Shown here piece after piece: positions 1 to 12,820 of a stretch of DNA of 64,000 bases. Location of the stretch: positions 7,427,079 through 7,491,078 of the forward strand of contig OZ316898.1 in the NCBI GenBank assembly GCA_973895155.1. Direction: 5' to 3'. The notes below the pieces were generated by a model that saw only the letters and a program-made list of their open reading frames with translations, was not told the DNA's origin and searched no databases. The position numbers and the translations under genes were made by a program. The stretch comes from Marsupella aquatica (lineage: Eukaryota > Plantae > Marchantiophyta). How positions within the stretch are numbered: position 1 is the first letter of the stretch; each line of letters opens with the position of its first letter.

Positions 1-150
1 TCTAACACACTGCCAAAGAACAAAAGGCGCCCAACCCGGAGACATTATCCCACAGGCGAGAGACCCAATAAAAGGGGGAGGCAACCAGGGAAAATCACAG
101 GGAGACTAAATAGTCAAAAATCACGAGAGAACCCTGCAAATCTAAGGGTG

Positions 151-508
151 GGTTTGTTCCAAGATAGGAGGGTACTGTACGTTTGGTTGGGGACAGAATT
201 GAGGAGGGAGATTCGTTTAGACAGGCAGAAGTTTTGGTTTCTGGGATTGGAGAGCTTGTGTATGATTAAACAGTGGTCTCGTCCTTCAGTGGGCACCACT
301 CAATGTTTAGAGGGGAGAAATGTTTCACTGAATGAGTAATTTCTGATTCATTGCCAAATAACTTGCCCGCAGAGGATGCCTAATTGAATGGGGTTGTTCC
401 AAAGGGAGGAGTAGGGTACTGTACGTTTAGTGGGGGGGCAGAATTGAGGAGGGAGATTCCTTTAGAACCGCAAGCTTTTTGCTTACTGGGCTTGGAGCGA
501 GCTTGTGT
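151..508. repeat. Diverged ~110-bp direct repeat (151-261 and 392-508)
   Basis: Shared blocks ggtactgtacgttt, cagaattgaggagggagattc and gagcttgtgt occur in both copies; ORF-track peptides GTELRREIRL and GAELRREIPL mirror this. Confidence 0.7.
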
Positions 509-3040
509 CTTTCGAAACAGCCGCTTATCAGTACTCCCTCTCGTCAGCACCTTCAGCGAAGTAGGCCGCAGCTGTCTAGCATCATAAGTTCAGGGGCATC
601 AAAACTTCAGCTGCTACTGTTCACCACACAGCTTTCTCTGACTCTCACGCCACCCTGGGCGTCAAAAAGTGGCATACACCTACACTCTGCCTGCCTCTAG
701 TAGCACTTCTGTTGCCTTTGCAGGAAGCCTGAAATGGGTTCCAGATCCTCTCCATTTCATGGCGACGAAAAGCTCCTCAGCTACAGTTGTTGTCGACGAT
801 CTCATGGCACACCCACGAGCTGCGCCCACCAGCGGGATTGGGGATCCCTGGCAATTGAACTTTAGCCCGGACAAGACAGTCTGCATGTTCGTGTGTCATC
901 TTTCCCAAATTGTGAGTGAGTCAAAGAACGCTGGCCCGATGGTTTCACTGTACAGTCGGTAGTACGAAATGCGTCCTCACATTAAGAGCAATTACCTCAC
1001 CCTGGTTTGTTCTTCTGAAGGACAAATGTCATTCGTTGTTTCACTAGACAAGCTTGAGTAGCAGCAGCAGCAGTCAGCACGATCCAATCGAGCCACACTT
1101 TGCTCAAACAGTGTTGTTGCTGGAGAATCTTCTTATTCAGTATGTGTGGGTATCCTTCCTGAGTGAAGTCCACGACAGAAGGCGTGACAATTTAGACAAT
1201 GGTGGTACGGTCTAGTTCTTGGTCGCTTCCTAGCAGCAGCGAGTTGTGAGTTCTGCCTGGGTAAGACTTCCATTAGCCAATCAAAACTCCTATCTCCCTC
1301 CCTCCGTTCCAGGTCCCATTGCTTGTACGCTTGTGCCTTCGAATTCCAGCTCCGACTAGTCAATTTTGCAAGGACGTCCAAATACTGTGCAGCGGAAAGA
1401 CTGTGGAAATCATAATGTTTGTCCATCATTTGTCTCGGATCCACAATTGTTTGATTGCGAGTGACCCAGTCATTTCCTATCCAAGGTGATGGCTCCCTAG
1501 CAGAGATTGATGGTCCTTTGCCCATCTGCGACCTGTAGATCGATCTCTCACAGGTCCTTGGGAACTGTCAGTTGGGAATCTTGTGCAAGAGGTTGTTGCT
1601 TTGGGCAGGACGAATTGATGCGGGGGTATTGGTGGAGTGAGTGAAGCCAACGATTGGGTGGGTCGGTGGGTGAGGTTGCGGAAGGTCAGTTCAGTACGAG
1701 GCTGCCAACATGGGGGTAGGATCATCATCATGCATGCCGCCATCGCCAAGAATGCTCAAAGGAGGAAATGGCAGGCTCAAAGGAGGAAGTGGCAGGCTAA
1801 GGGGGGGAGTGTATGAACGACTACGGAAGAAAGGATTTTCCATCAGACGGCGTCTCCGCCCCTTGTGGAAGTGGGTCAAGAAACTGCGGATTCGCAAGAG
1901 ACTTCAAGTTCTCTGCCTCAAAGGAGTTGGTTCGTAATATTCTTTGGATTTTTCTTTCATTACTGCAAGCTGTGCTTATATCCTCATCATCTTATGGTTA
2001 TGTAGATTCTCATCATCTTATGGTTATGTAGAGGAAGAGTAGTCTGATGTTAGAATTGAAGTGGATAGTTTTTCTCATTTGTTCATTCCGGCATTCTCCA
2101 ATTGGGCATCTGTGGGCTTCAGTCCAAATTTCTGTGTCGCCTTCTGGCCAAAGTTGCCACAGATCTTCATGAGCACAGGCTCTCCTTTGGGGTAGGGCTA
2201 CTAAATACTCCACAAAAACAGTAACCTGTTTTGAGAGACGGAGTGTGGAAACCTCTCTACGCCCATTCCTATGAGGAAAAAAGTACAATCAGTAAATCAC
2301 AAGTGCTCTGGATCCTCTGGATTGGTGGAAATTTGAATCGTGTGTCATGAGATTGGAATTGCGAATCAATGCTCCGCCAGTGAAGCTTTGCTTTTTTCTT
2401 CTTCCCAACCTGTGGTTTGCATGAAACCGAGGAACGAGGATCATCATTTCCTCGTCGTCTGTTTGCAAAGTTGTCTTTGGTTGATACTGCAATTAGACTC
2501 CTTTCGTACCTGTCTGGTACACGGGAATGCGGCACAAAAGTTGTCTTCGGTTGATACGTCAATGCGACTCCTCTCGTACCTGTCTGGGGAATACGGCGTG
2601 TGCCGTTTGATCCTGCTGCAGTTCTGAATGTTTTCCGTCTTTTAATTGATACGTTTTCTGCTCTTTTTTCGGCGTCTCTCCTTCTTTTCTCTGTTTCCGA
2701 GGCCCCATCTGTGCCATTGGTCGTGTACGCATCTCCCACTGCAAGTACTCATTTTGTATTCTTCATCATTCTGCTGGGATCGACCACCCACCGAAACCAA
2801 GCTAGTGGGCCGAGTAGTTCGGTAGGTGATCGACGAATCACGGGAAGCATGTTAAAGTTGAAATCATACTCAATAGCTCTCGACCCATCGTAGAAGACAT
2901 ATTTTGCCCAAGGGCTCAAATACCATAAATGATTCTGTTCTTCTTTAGACTTGGGCTGTTTGGACAGGGTCCCTGGACCGGTCAGGCATTTTTTCGGTCT
3001 CTGTAGAGTCTCTTTAGCGTAATCAGATCTCTACTCTCCG

Positions 3041-6000
3041 ATGAATAAGATCGGCGAAGGTGGGGGATATTGAGTCCAGCTTCCGCAGATTCTTTGAGAT
3101 TTAGAGAGTGAATTTGTGGGGAGCGTAGTGTTGCCCGTCGCAGCACCACCGAGTAGCATGTTTAGACGTGTGACGGTCATGTATGCACGCTGAAACAAGC
3201 AGTGGATCGTCATGGCAATGCTTGGTGTTCCATGGGAGAGAATTCGATAAAGATTGTCCTGATCATGACAACGCCTAGACTTTGAATGTGAGAGGATTAG
3301 ATGGATTCTCCGAAGCCCTACAATGCCTGCTTGGAGTTCCGAAGAGAGGGTCGGATGGATTGTCCAAACTATCACAATGCTTGCAGTTTCGATGGTAGAG
3401 AATGCGATGAGTTGTCTAAATCAGTTGCGAACTACTGTGGAGTGATGCATGTTGTCAGCGTTGTTGACTGGTGTTGTTGCGTTTGCTTGATCGCCTGCCG
3501 GCAGCCAAAGGACGAAAGACTATTAGCAGGAATTCCTGTACTGGAGGGCGGTACTATGACAAATTTGCCGAATCTGATGACGGGGATTTCATAACAGAAG
3601 CCTCCGTATTGGAAGGACAGAGGACGGGAGAGTGGTGTCTAATACCTGGTTTACCACATGAAGTTGCCATCCAGTGTTTGGCCAGAGTTCCTAGGGTTCA
3701 CCATTGTGTGCTCAGAGCAGTGTGCAAGCCGTGGAGATGGACTGTCGAAACGAAGGAGTTTTTGGAGCTGAGAAAAGAATTGGGCTTGACGGAGGACTGG
3801 CTCTATCTTCATGTGGGCACCTCACCTAGGCTGGACGAGAGACGTGAGAAAGGGCATCCCAGATGGAGGTTGGTCGGAGGGTTTAGCCTTTGGCATGCTC
3901 TTGATCCTTACCAATACCGATGGCACGCTCTTCCTCCCGTTCCATATGACACCGCTGTAACGGGAGGACACGTTGTGCTTGGGGCTTCTTCAGTGGTATT
4001 TAATGGTAACCTGTATGTCATCGGAGGTGCACCGTTTGGGAAGCCAGCAATCAGGTCTGTCCAAATGCTTCTCTCTGCTTTGCTTTGCATGTCAACCAAC
4101 CAATGAATGTTACTATCAGTGATGTCCGCCGAGGCATATTCATGGCAAAAATAATTCTGTCGAAGAACTCCCAGCTGTACTACTGTCAAATGGAAAAACA
4201 AGATAATGTGCTTTCTAGTACTAATATTGACTTCAATTCTGTGGCCTAAATTTGATGTGGGCATGGCTAATTTTTATAGAGAATCTAGCCTTTTAAATTT
4301 TAATGCAACATTCTTTGGGGGGACCTACTCATAACGATACAGTGACCAGTGAGTCAGTTTCACCTCAATCTACAACCCCACCATTTCACAGCCACAAGCC
4401 CCGGAACAGAATCTGTGTTGCCGCTAAACTTATAAGGTGCTAAATTGGATACACTGTGGAACCTGAATTTGGAGGTCCACAGTTCTGATTCGACAGCCTT
4501 GGAATAATTTCCTTGAGTGGCTTCTTCGGTGCTGCATCAAATTGACCTCAAGGAGAACACAACAGGTCTTTCTTATTAGACGTAGCTCTGTAGTGAAGAC
4601 TGATCTGCCGGCGGGGACGGACTGCCTTCCCACAGACAATGCTTATACATGAACTTAATGAATGTATGTTGTCCAAGATTCAAGAAGAAACGAGACACAC
4701 TAATAAATGTTCTGGCAGATGTGCGTTAAAAAGACGGTTGAATCCTCATGGTCACGAGGAAGCATTACAATCCTGCTCTATCTACCACTGTAGTATGGTA
4801 GCTTTTGAGGGCACATAGAGTAGCTCGGTCATGGAATTAAGATTGCGCGAGGAAGCTTGTATCCCTTTCCAGGTTAACCTCAGTGTAAAGTTGACTCTCC
4901 GAACTTTTACGATATGCTTCAAGAACATAAATGGACTCTCTTTTGTAGCCATAGAATCATCCTTTCAGGTAATGATACGAAACTATTATAGTCCGCCTGG
5001 TTCAATTAGATGTAAAGCTTCACCTGTTTTTCTATTTTTGCTTAAATAGACGTCGTTGGAGGTGAAGGGTATTACTGGGCCAATCCACCACTTTGAACGT
5101 TTCACGAGACTGCAGCCAGTTACACCTTTGATTTCAAAGAACTAACTCTTAGATTGACTAGTCAATATTCTACTGTGGAAAGACATCTCTGTAAGCGTGC
5201 GATAGGGCTTTCCTTGACAGTTCCAATTTCTATAGACTCGGCTAGGTAGACAGACTGTACGCATACCTTGTGAGAATTGACTCAGAATATTTGAACTTTG
5301 ACGGTTTGATGGAAATGTTGTTTGAAAGAATGGGGTCCAGGCAGTGAGTTTTTAATACTGGTTTGGTAAGTTGATCCTACGTTAGGTATTGTCTATCCAA
5401 GGGAGTTCTCTCCATACTCTTTAGAAGAGGCTGTTAGTATTTTCGCTGATGGAATCAAATGGTGTTATCTGTTTCAGGGATGTGTGGATTTACAATCCCC
5501 ATAAGAACAAATGGAGAAGACTTTCATCAATGGTGACACCTCGATTTGGGGCCTTGATTGGGGTTATCAGAAACAAACTCTATGTAGTTGGGGGATCTGG
5601 CATTTGCCACCTTACTGGATATTCACTGCCATGCTTGGAAGTCTACGACCCTGATACGAATTCGTGGCATTTTGCGGCAAGTGCTCGAGGCATAGCAACG
5701 AACTACCCATGCAACCCTCTCAAGTATGTAGCAGTTGTGGATGACAAGCTCTGCGTGATTGGTCCCCAAAGTTTGACAGGGAGGACTAATTCTGGGGTGT
5801 ATGACCCGGTGGCTGATACGTGGTCGGAGATAAGCCCAGGGTTGCGCATGGGATGGGGAAAACCCAGTACAGTTATGGATGGAAGCTTGTACACTGTAGA
5901 CTTTGGGTGTTATCAACAGTATGTTTCTGAGAAAGATGCCTGGTTGTCTGTGAAAGGGCAGAGCGCAGACACGTTAGTGGAGTGGGATCCTCGATTAGTG

Positions 6001-6192
6001 TCTACAATGGCCGGGTGCAATGGGAAGCTCTACATGGTGGGTACCATGGGTCCTGCTCTTATCGTTGTTATTGCTCCCGTACAGGATGGAAGGGTAAGCC
6101 AGAGTGTCCGCTGGCACACGATGAAGCTTCCCAATGGGGTCGACTTCTTAGGGGATCTAGGTCATTGTTCTTGCCAAGTTATTGGTTTCTGA
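3041..6192 (+). CDS. F-box/kelch-repeat protein (spliced; exons 3041-3059 tentative, 3505-4054, 5478-6192; ~427 aa)
   Basis: F-box motif LIPGLPHEVAIQCLARVP..LRAVCKPWR and kelch repeats (LYVIGG, DVWIYNPHKNKW, KLYVVGG, EVYDPDTNSW). A GT-AG intron at 4055-5477 joins in phase to give KPAIR-DVWIYNP. The F-box frame has a stop at 3465-3467 and no upstream ATG, so an upstream exon is needed; ATG 3041 with donor 3060 and acceptor 3504 is phase-compatible but unproven. Confidence 0.85.
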
Positions 6193-7955
6193 GCTGAATG
6201 GCAAGAATTGGTTGTTCTCTCATTTCCACGATGAGGCTCCAAATATCATGGGAATGAATGTATTACACAAATGGGATGGTTTCTTCTGGTGTTGGTTTTC
6301 GCTTGGGACTGTTTGATTGAGATGCTTGTATGCTCTGGGGTATGTTCTGGGATTTTACGCATGTCAATACTGGTTTTCCCTTCTGGGGTATTAGTATCGT
6401 AGTGTGAGACCTTGTTCTGGGTGTCTTAAGAATCTGTAATGCAGGAAGTACCAGAAATATTCAATCCCCAAAGGAAATGGAAGTGAAATCTCTCACAGAT
6501 GTTGCAAAGCTACAAACAAAATTTGTCTCCCGACTTTGAGGCCCAACAATTCTCTGGTGTGTGTTCAAGGTCTGCAATACTTGAGGCCACCTGGAGAAGA
6601 GCAGAATGTGGATTTCAAAGGAGTTTCTCAACACCATGAATTGGGGGAAAGCCATAGAAGTAGACCACACGACTCTTTGAAGCTCTAGCGGTCTTGGACC
6701 AGTGCCTGTCTGCACTTGATATAAGTCAAATATTAGAGTTCCGAAGTGAATTGGCTGACACAAATTCGTTAACAACAGTTTCGCCTGGGAAACCTATCAG
6801 TAACAATGACATAAATGTAGTCTGAGTCACTTACAGGTATCTATTCCTTCAGTGCGCTCAAGTTTGTCAAAGATTGCCAGAAGAATGATCAGAGTCCAGA
6901 CGATTCGATGAAATCTTCGTGACGGCTAATACAAGCTTTCAATTGAACCCAATATACCTCCACCAGGTCACCGTCATGTCCTGTCTGGTTAATGATTCGT
7001 CCGGATTGATGAAGGCAAGAACACATGACCTCTGCTCGTCAACGGTCAAAGACTGACCTGTAAAACACTGCCGCATGTTGATCTGCATTACTCCCCGAAA
7101 CAAACTATGGGCGTGGAACGCACTCCCTGATTTCCCTCAGTTGGATTATGATGGAGAGTAGGATCGCTGTTTCGACGTGCTAGTTTTGAAGAACTTCATA
7201 GAGTACACTTGACCTTGATTCCGTAGAATTGAAAGCCTGTAAATGGATTTCGCCCTCATGCTGGAAGGATTAGTTTCTCACTTGGAGACAGGCTACCGAC
7301 TTCTTGCATACATACCCTAAACCCTATCCCCACTCCGCTTCCGATCGACAGATAGGATGACTGACTGAACTGAATTCGAAGCACACGGAGACCCAAATGG
7401 GCCATAGGACCAGAACTGTTAAAATGTCTTCAAAGCCAAGTCACAATTCCCAGGGGGTAGGATTTGAATAATCAAAACATGCATTATGCTGGCTGGGGCA
7501 TCTCCAGGGCTCATCTCAAACCACAAGCCATCGGGGTCATTCGTGATGCAGTCCAGACAATGAAGCGTGTCTTCCCATCAGCCCCCGGGCCCTACTTCCT
7601 ATCGAAATCCATTTCGTATCGTTGAGAATCCTGATTTGCTTTTTGCGAATCAACACTGGAGAATGAGGCATTCAATAAACCCTACCATGGAGAGACGTAC
7701 TCGATACTGTACTTCACACCCTCATTATTACCATCGTCGTAATCATTATACAAAGCAAAATTGAAGATCTGTGAAACTACCCTAATTTGATCAAAGGCTT
7801 CGCTGATTCGCAAAATCAACGCCATATGTATATGAAACAATTCTCTGTACAGTCTCAACGCGTTTCCGTGAAATGCTGCAGCAAACGACTCGCCCCGCGT
7901 TTTGTAAAAAGTGATACAGCAAGGTCTCCGATACGTGCGAAACGAAAACCTAGTT

Positions 7956-8363
7956 TTAATCCTCGTCATCGAACACGGATCGCCGACGTTGAATCGTGAC
8001 TTTCGTCTTTTTTTGAGTCTGTTCATTGATCTGCTCTAGCAGAGTGATCAACCGTTCCTCCGAGACCTTCTCCGTGATCTGCCCATACTGAGCGCCTCGA
8101 AGGATGACGTCCTCCACTCCTCTGGCTTTGTCCGGCTTCACGAGGGCAATTCGCGCCAACCGCTCTCGCGCATCGGGAGTGAGAACGCGTGCCAGCATCA
8201 TGGACCGCTGCTCCTCTTGTTCTCGTTTGAGCTCCTCCTGCTGCTCCTTGTTTTGGTATCCTCCGCCGCCTCCTCCGGCACCTCCAGCACCGGAAACCCC
8301 CGCCTTGCCCATCAGCTCTTGCATCCGCCGCTGCCTGATTGCTTCTAGCTCGGCGTCCGCCAT
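7956..8363 (-). CDS. PDCD5: Programmed cell death protein 5 / TFAR19-related dsDNA-binding protein (135 aa, single coding exon)
   Basis: MADAELEAIRQRRMQEL...LTPDARERLARIALVKPDKARGVEDVILRGAQYGQITEKVSEERLITLLEQIN...KVTIQRRRSVFDDED is the classic PDCD5 signature. First ATG is at 8363 (the ORF track starts at an upstream GTG). Confidence 0.95.
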   Translation of the reverse strand: MADAELEAIRQRRMQELMGKAGVSGAGGAGGGGGGYQNKEQQEELKREQEEQRSMMLARVLTPDARERLARIALVKPDKARGVEDVILRGAQYGQITEKVSEERLITLLEQINEQTQKKTKVTIQRRRSVFDDED

Positions 8364-8532
8364 CTTCACCCCTCGACCACTTCTCTCCTTTTCTCTCTCT
8401 GCTCTTCTCTTCTCTTCTCGTTCGGTCCCGTTTGTTTCTCCTCTGTTCTCTGTTTGGGTCTCGCCTCTCTTCTCTTCTCTTCTCTTCTCCTGTCTCCTCT
8501 CGTTGGGTCTCCACTCGCTTCTCCTGTATTCT

Positions 8533-8835
8533 CTCGTTCTCTTCTGTTGCTTGAATATCGATGTCTTCTCTTTCTGCTGTCTACTCGCTTTGGCTCGTCT
8601 CGTGTCTTCTCTCGTTCCCTACTGTTGCTTGAATATCGATGTCGTCTCTTTCTGCTGTCTACTCGCTTTGGCTCTTCTCGTGTTTTTGCTCGTTCTCTTC
8701 TGTTTCTTGAATATCGATGTTGCTTTGGTAATTATGCCAAGGGATTATTAGCCTAGACTACCCATTTTATTCTTGAATATCAATGTTGCTTTGGTAAATT
8801 TGCCAAGGGATTGACCTAGATTAACCCATTTTATT
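8533..8835. repeat. Tandem repeats upstream of PDCD5 (78-bp unit x~2.3, then ~65-bp unit x2)
   Basis: ttgaatatcgatgtc..ctctttctgctgtctactcgctttggctc recurs at 78-bp spacing; tcttgaatatc(g/a)atgttgctttggtaa..tgccaagggatt..cctaga..acccattttat occurs twice. Confidence 0.85.
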
Positions 8836-9271
8836 AACGTGCCCCCCAAACAGAATTATTTATTAGCCTACCTCCCATTTCATATTTGTGTTAATATTAA
8901 CTTGAATATGGTTCTTGTTGTCATGTGACAAGTTGCTACTAGTTGCCCTAACACCAGCCATGAACCCCCCTCGGCCTCCCTTCCCCTTCCCTGTTGCGGG
9001 GCACAGTCACAGGTAAGGCTGAAAACATGTTGTTTTTGGCTCCACACTCCCCTCAGAAAAGCCCGACTTTTGGCCCTCAATTTTAGTCAGGAAAATGCAG
9101 TGGGGAAAGGAAGAGGGGGGTTGCGGTGAGTTAAGGCTAGCCAAATGCAACTCACCACATGGCAATGGGAACCGGTATACAAGTTAATATACTAACCCAA
9201 ATTAAAAATGGGAGGCAGGTTGATAAATAGTCTTGTTTGGGGGGCACATTAGTCAAAAACTGTTAGCCTAG
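8816..9271. mobile_element. MITE / foldback non-autonomous DNA transposon (~456 bp, ~150-bp imperfect TIRs)
   Basis: Left arm gtgccccccaaaca..tattta..cctacctcccattt..tattaacttg is the reverse complement of right arm caagttaata..aaatgggaggcagg..taaata..tgtttggggggcac; both ends are ctag. Confidence 0.8.
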
Positions 9272-9862
9272 AACCAAGAGGTTGTAGGCTCAATCCCCCT
9301 CCACATGCAAGGGTTATTGAGGATATCTTATGAGTGTGTGTGGGGTGTAATGGTGGGAGTACGAGTTTCTCCTCGTAATGGCAGTCATAGATTTTATTCT
9401 TTAAAGTGTGGCTATTTTCTTAATATTGTATTTAGACATTGAACTCATATTTGTGAAATTTGCAATAAATTATTTGCTTGCTAGCAACTTCCACATTTTG
9501 CTTGAAGATTTATGTCAATCATTATCAAATATTGTTTGAAAAAAATGTTTTTTTCTTTCATGAGTATTCTTTTACTAGGTACATCTTGTTGGCCAACTCA
9601 AGTTGCTATGTACAGGTTTTGGAGAGATAATTGATCCATCATTCAATGACAATGACAACCATTGCTCATATAATGGGTATTTATCCTTTAAAAAATGATA
9701 TTCAGATGCAGTGGCACAAACATATGCCATAGATGTAGATAGGAAAGATTTTTACAAATTTTGAGCAGCTGTATCTTGCAACTTAGGCCCTCATTGGAAA
9801 CAGTCAACTTTAAGGAAATTGATATATTGTAACAGTAACTTCCACAAATACTCTATACCCTT

Positions 9863-10700
9863 AGAGTCAAGTGAGAGGGCTGCTGGGATTGTGATGCCTT
9901 TGCAACCAAGTTTAGAAATCAAATTAATAATGTACAGAGCACAGGGCGTTAAATTGAGGTAGGCTGCATGTGTGTCTTGTGATTGACACTTTCAATAGAC
10001 AAACAATCAACTTTTAAGAAATTAATGTCTAATTATAACAATACATGATTTTCCAGAAACATGCTATAACCATAGAGTCTAGTAAGGGGGCTGCCGGGAT
10101 TGTTGTGCCCTAACCAAGGTTAGTTTATAAATCAAATTAACAATATACAGAGCACCGGGTGTTAACTTGAGCTAGTTGCATTTGTGTCTTGCAGTTGACA
10201 CTTTCACTAGACAAACAATCAACTTTTAGAAAACTAATGTCTTATAACATTACATTTCCAGAAACATGCTATAATCATAAAGTCAAGTGAGGGGGTTGTC
10301 AGGATTGTTGTGCTTTTGCAATCAAGTTTATAAAATCAACTTAATAATGTAAATGGCATGAGACGTCAATATTTACTAAATTGGGCAACATTTGTGTCTT
10401 GCGAGGTAGGGCTTCAGTGGATGAACAACAACTTTTAGAAAATTAATTCTTGTACCATTACATTTTCATAAACATGCTATAACCACAGAGTCACTGGAAA
10501 ATTGTGCCTTAGCAATCAAGTTTAGAAATCAAATTAACAATGTACCGAGCATGGGATGTCAGTGTCAACTAAGGTAGGTTGCATTTGTGTTGCAACGTAG
10601 GCCATCACGTCCAGGACAAACAATCAACTTCTAGGAAATTAATGTCGTGTAACATTACATTCCAAAAAGATGCTATAACAATAGAGTCACGAGAGTGGCT
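9863..10700. repeat. Diverged tandem array, ~205-bp unit x4
   Basis: Units start near 9863, 10074, 10279 and 10487. Recurring blocks: aaatcaaattaa, tgtgtcttg, acaaacaatcaactt, aaacatgctataac. Confidence 0.85.
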
Positions 10701-12820
10701 GCCGAGTTCAGCCAGTACATTCTATGGCTCTGTACTCCTCATCAACTCCTGCTCAAGTAGTGTCCTAACTGGAAGGTCGTCTCCAAGTTCAACATGGGCT
10801 CTTGCAGAAATTAGATATGACTATGGCTGTTGGCTCATGTTTGTGCGTGTATATTTCATCTGATGTTAACAAGTGCCTCACTTCCACCACGTACTATGCA
10901 TCTGAAGCTTCCTCAAAGTCCTTCGAAAAGTACTTTCCAGCATCTCAAACTATCAAACCACTAAACTTCAATCTTATTTGGGCACACACCTCCATGACTT
11001 CATGAAAGTTTATTCATTGTCAATTCCTCAAAGCCCATTCATTGAGTGACTAATCAAGTGTCAAAGAGGCCAACCCACCTTGCTCTGCTGAGCTCATTGC
11101 AGAGCTCTTGCAGTGCAACTAATGAAATCAAGAAGATACCTAAAGCCAGTTTCCCACTGTAGCGTTTTTTCCAATTTAAGCAGAGCAGAAAACCTGGATT
11201 GAAGAAAAATGTGCAAAGCAATATTTGCATGCTTGGCAGAAATCCTTCTTTGTGCAGCTTGTGGTTGGCAAGCTCCATTCCTAGAATGCTGATAAGCTCC
11301 ATCCTCTCCTATGGTGAATCCTAAAGGTGACAAAATAGAATCACATCAATGCCATTAGATATATACTTAATTTATGCTATAAAAGCAAGATAAAGCAGTA
11401 GAAATGAAGCATTGTTGAAGTTTTTGTACTATCAGAAATTTACAATCATACTGGCTGCATTCTCACATTTGAGGATCCTTTAACTGATGGGGCCATGGAG
11501 GGGTGATTGCAAATTCTTAAGTTGGGAAGATTTTTTTGACAGGTTTAAAGAGTGGGTGTTCTTCACAGATCAGTAACACAGTTTTACACTCTTAGCTTAG
11601 TATAGAAAGTCTCATTGATCATCCAATATTTCAAGGATTTCTCATGCACAACTCATACTCCAAACATTCATTCATAAATGAAGACAATGTCTCTTGCAAT
11701 CCTTTCAACCCTATTCCTTACCTTTCTGTCCAGGCCATCTTTTCATCCTAAGCTTAATTAAAGGGAGAAAATTTCAATAACAAACAAGCTTTTGGAAGGG
11801 GAGTAAGTCCAATTAGAAACTTTGACCTCGAGATTTGCAACAACAATGATTTGCAATCATAGCATGCAAAAACTAGTCAAAACCGTCGTTCTAAACTTGT
11901 AGTCCTTAGTTGAGTCAACATTTGTGGATTCAAGAATTTAGGTGTGGAAAAAATGGAGTGAATGTGTGTGACATTGTGGTTATTATATGCTCCCCCTTAA
12001 GGAGCAAAGATTTAGCACGAGTGACTCCCAATACACACACCACTAAGTCAACTATGCTGACTAGATTAAACTTTCAGAATTTATTTTTCTTTGATGAAGT
12101 TAAAATTTAAAAGAAAGATTTCCAACCTGGTTGATAGGCGGTATAGTATATATTTTATTAAGGAATTCACATCAAATGTTGCATCATTAACCTCACCTAG
12201 CTGTCAGAAAAAATGACCAAGACAACATTTGAGAAGAAACCCAATGGGCAAACTGAACTCATGTTCCTAGTGAGCATGTATACTGAACTCATGAGATTGG
12301 ACTTGTATGGAGGGCATACCTCCTATCTCTCATTGATACAACCACAAGCTTACTAGTGAGCCCACTTAGATTAGTTGTGGTTGGTTGCAACACGACTATT
12401 GTTCTTCCACCAATCAGATGTTAGGAATTTACTTTTAGTCTAAGGTTACGACTGTGACCGTAGTTAAGGTTAAGGTTAAATCACAAACTAGGTTAGATTA
12501 ACTAGGCTGCACAGTGTCTATATCCCAAGTGGTATTTGAATAGAAGGAACTCAGACTCATTGTTATGGAACCAATTGAAATATAAAGAGATGTTATATTG
12601 CAGAGACTTTAGCATTGTGTGCGGCTGTGTTTGCAAAGGATGGGTGGTGGGGAGAGCAAGTGCACTCTCCATATTCCTCAGAAGCAAAGAACCAGGGCCA
12701 CCACTTTCCAAACTATGCCATGTCATCCACCCCCTACAACAAACTAGGTATTATGATGACAAGCCTGCAATGGAGACCTGACAGGAGTTTAGGGTTCCAT
12801 GGCAAACCCAGGTTCTTGCA

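Noticed and set aside
3301-3594. 97-aa ATG ORF overlapping the F-box frame (possible uORF or N-terminus)
   Set aside because: Different frame from the F-box domain and built from a ~54-bp duplication (MDSPKPYNAC / MDCPNYHNAC); it most likely lies in an intron.
8023-8756. Long ORFs (163, 215, 100 aa) overlapping PDCD5
   Set aside because: Shadow and antisense frames produced by the CT/GA-rich leader and the 78-bp repeats.
10700-11333. Minus-strand coding-like fragments
   Set aside because: Many stops and no recognisable motif; cannot assign.
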